From a virus, in the IMG/VR virus record IMGVR_UViG_3300045988_015366, positions 1-17,669 of that record: a stretch of DNA of 17,669 nucleotides; one strand, 5' to 3'. The position numbers were made by a program, and so were the translations under genes. The notes beneath the pieces were generated by a model. The model did no database searches. It was not told the DNA's origin and saw only the letters and a list, made by a program, of their open reading frames with translations. The number at the start of each line of letters is the position of its first letter. Within the stretch, counting starts at the first letter, position 1. Positions 16,422 to 17,669 of this stretch are shown piece by piece.

Positions 16422-16489
16422 GATCGTTTCCTTTCGTGTATGGCTTGATTTCATTTCAGAGTTCTGGTATTACCCGTCCAGCCGGGAAT

Positions 16490-16813
16490 CTAAAATAGAG
16501 GTGAGGTGTCAATGTCTTCAGGGAATAAAATAAACCCCTCATCTGTCAATGCTGTACATACAATATCTTCAGTTGACGTTTGTTTGTCAAACTCTAAATT
16601 ATGTGTGTCCACTGATAGTGTATGTGATGTGGTGGTTGTTCCCCGTCTAATTGTCACTTCATATTTAGTTCCAAGAATCTTGAAGCGTCGAATATGGTCA
16701 AATGATGTGAAGTATCTTTTAACTAGAAACCGCTTAGATTCAAGTCTATCAGAGTATGCTCTCACATAAAAATCATGATCAGTGTAATCAGCCCAGCCAC
16801 CCACAACAACCAA
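16490..16813 (-). CDS. Hypothetical 107-aa early protein with an acidic C-terminus. TTG start. Its N-terminal VVVGGWADYTDHD motif recurs in the 17272-17526 gene.
   Basis: ORF track. AT-rich. It sits in the p6/early-protein slot upstream of the SSB. Confidence 0.4.
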   Translation of the reverse strand: MVVVGGWADYTDHDFYVRAYSDRLESKRFLVKRYFTSFDHIRRFKILGTKYEVTIRRGTTTTSHTLSVDTHNLEFDKQTSTEDIVCTALTDEGFILFPEDIDTSPLF

Positions 16814-17019
16814 CTCCCAACCCTAGGCGCAGCCTTCGCAGCAATCATACCCCCAGCGACACCGACAGCAATCCTGCCCGCACTAAGGCGGTCGCCATGA
16901 CTGCGCACGTCACCACAAGAACAAGCTTGATCATCGCCAACAGAATTGTATCGCTCATTTTCCTGCCATCCCATTTCCTTGTCAATCCAGATAAGTTCGC
17001 CGTTAACGTTTTCCCACAT
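16762..17019 (-). CDS. Hypothetical 85-aa protein with a C-terminal hydrophobic segment. It lies on a GC-rich islet.
   Basis: ORF track. Putative TM WLLWVAGLITLIMIF. It overlaps its neighbours by 52 nt and 17 nt, so confidence is low. Confidence 0.3.
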   Translation of the reverse strand: MWENVNGELIWIDKEMGWQENERYNSVGDDQACSCGDVRSHGDRLSAGRIAVGVAGGMIAAKAAPRVGSWLLWVAGLITLIMIFM

Positions 17020-17287
17020 TGTTGTCCCTTGAGGGTAGTTCGCCCTGTGATAGAACGAATGAAATAATTTTATTCAGGTCTGCTGTGCTGAATTCTGAGA
17101 TAAAAACACCGTAATGTTTCATCTTATAGTCAAACACTACTTGCTCGCCATAAATGCTCACGTATAACGATGCTTCCTTGACTCTAAATGTTGCATGATT
17201 TCCACCACCTCGTATGAAATATTCAATCCAATGCGTGATGGTCTTCTTGATAACTTTATGAGTAGTCATAATCACACATCCAGCCAC
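17003..17287 (-). CDS. Hypothetical 94-aa early protein. GTG start.
   Basis: ORF track. AT-rich. Confidence 0.35.
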   Translation of the reverse strand: MAGCVIMTTHKVIKKTITHWIEYFIRGGGNHATFRVKEASLYVSIYGEQVVFDYKMKHYGVFISEFSTADLNKIISFVLSQGELPSRDNNVGKR

Positions 17288-17526
17288 TTATCAATCAAAG
17301 TCATTGCCTTAATCACTCCGCCCATGGTGGTTCTAAGTAGATTGAAGTCCCATTGGAATACAATAGAATCGTCATCGGGATTGTTGTCTAGTGCTACTAC
17401 ACGCGTGCCATGTATGTTAAACGCAACCCAATCGGCCTCATGGTTGACATAATAGTCTGTCCATCCGCCAATCACAGCCCTAAGTTTCATGCTGTTGCAA
17501 GGGTTCGTGTTCTGTGTGTTGTTCAT
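17272..17526 (-). CDS. Right terminal early gene of about 84 aa, starting at the ATG at 17526 behind the same GGAAGGAAC SD as the left end. It contains a VIGGWTDYYVNHE motif.
   Basis: ORF track 17272..17541. An internal Met has the mirrored SD. The N-terminal motif is shared with the 16490-16813 product. Confidence 0.45.
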   Translation of the reverse strand: MNNTQNTNPCNSMKLRAVIGGWTDYYVNHEADWVAFNIHGTRVVALDNNPDDDSIVFQWDFNLLRTTMGGVIKAMTLIDKWLDV

Positions 17527-17545
17527 TTCGGTTCCTTCCATTCCG

Positions 17546-17669
17546 GCGGGCTAACCCCGCCCCGTTCATGTATTAATAATGCACCAGAGTTCTTCGTGAG
17601 TCAACCCAGAAACGTGTGAACTGAACCACACAAACAAATGTCCTGACATAGGCAGACCCATTGTCCTAA
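17546..17669. repeat. Right inverted terminal repeat, partner of 1-124.
   Basis: The reverse complement of 17546-17669 equals 1-124 except for three T/C or A/G differences. Confidence 0.9.
17576..17604 (-). promoter_or_regulatory. Mirror copy of the ITR promoter candidate. On the minus strand, TTGACT is 17604-17599 and CATTAT is 17581-17576. It would drive the right terminal gene starting at 17526.
   Basis: The ITR is identical across both hexamers. Confidence 0.3.

Noticed and set aside
15810-16448. 212-aa plus-strand ORF
   Set aside because: Antisense to the terminal protein and SSB genes. It reads straight through the GC hairpin and an intergenic region, and is extremely Arg/Leu/Asn-rich.
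1-17669. Prophage or integrative element features (integrase, att sites, tRNA), CRISPR arrays
   Set aside because: No integrase or recombinase-like ORF, no tRNA-like cloverleaf region and no spaced direct repeats were seen. The architecture is that of a strictly lytic protein-primed podophage.

Overview
This window reads as a complete linear genome of a small phi29-like, protein-primed podophage, 17,669 bp long. Its two ends are near-perfect inverted terminal repeats of about 124 bp (window 1-124 against 17546-17669, reverse complement, 3 mismatches), as expected for terminal-protein-primed replication. Apart from a cassette of five small genes at the left end and the mirrored terminal gene at the right end, every gene is on the minus strand. 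Reading the minus strand from the right end, the order is: small early genes, a phi29 p5-like single-stranded DNA-binding protein (SSB), terminal protein, family-B protein-primed DNA polymerase, a 55-aa ribbon-helix-helix (RHH) protein the ORF track missed, a hairpin plus T-run terminator, scaffold, major capsid, tail knob (gp9-like), connector (gp10-like), lower collar (gp11-like), a tail appendage with a predicted SGNH/GDSL esterase domain, a tail-associated lysin (SLT-like plus NlpC/P60), the gp16-like packaging ATPase, two small membrane (holin-like) proteins, and a CHAP endolysin with two PG_binding_1 repeats. A 15-bp-stem hairpin closes this unit against the convergent left-end cassette. 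Several essential genes start with GTG or TTG, GC is moderate with AT-rich islands at both ends, and the lysin domains suit a Gram-positive host, possibly actinobacterial. I found no integrase, tRNA, CRISPR array, or recognisable packaging RNA (pRNA). All calls rest on reading the sequence and remembered family motifs; I ran no searches.
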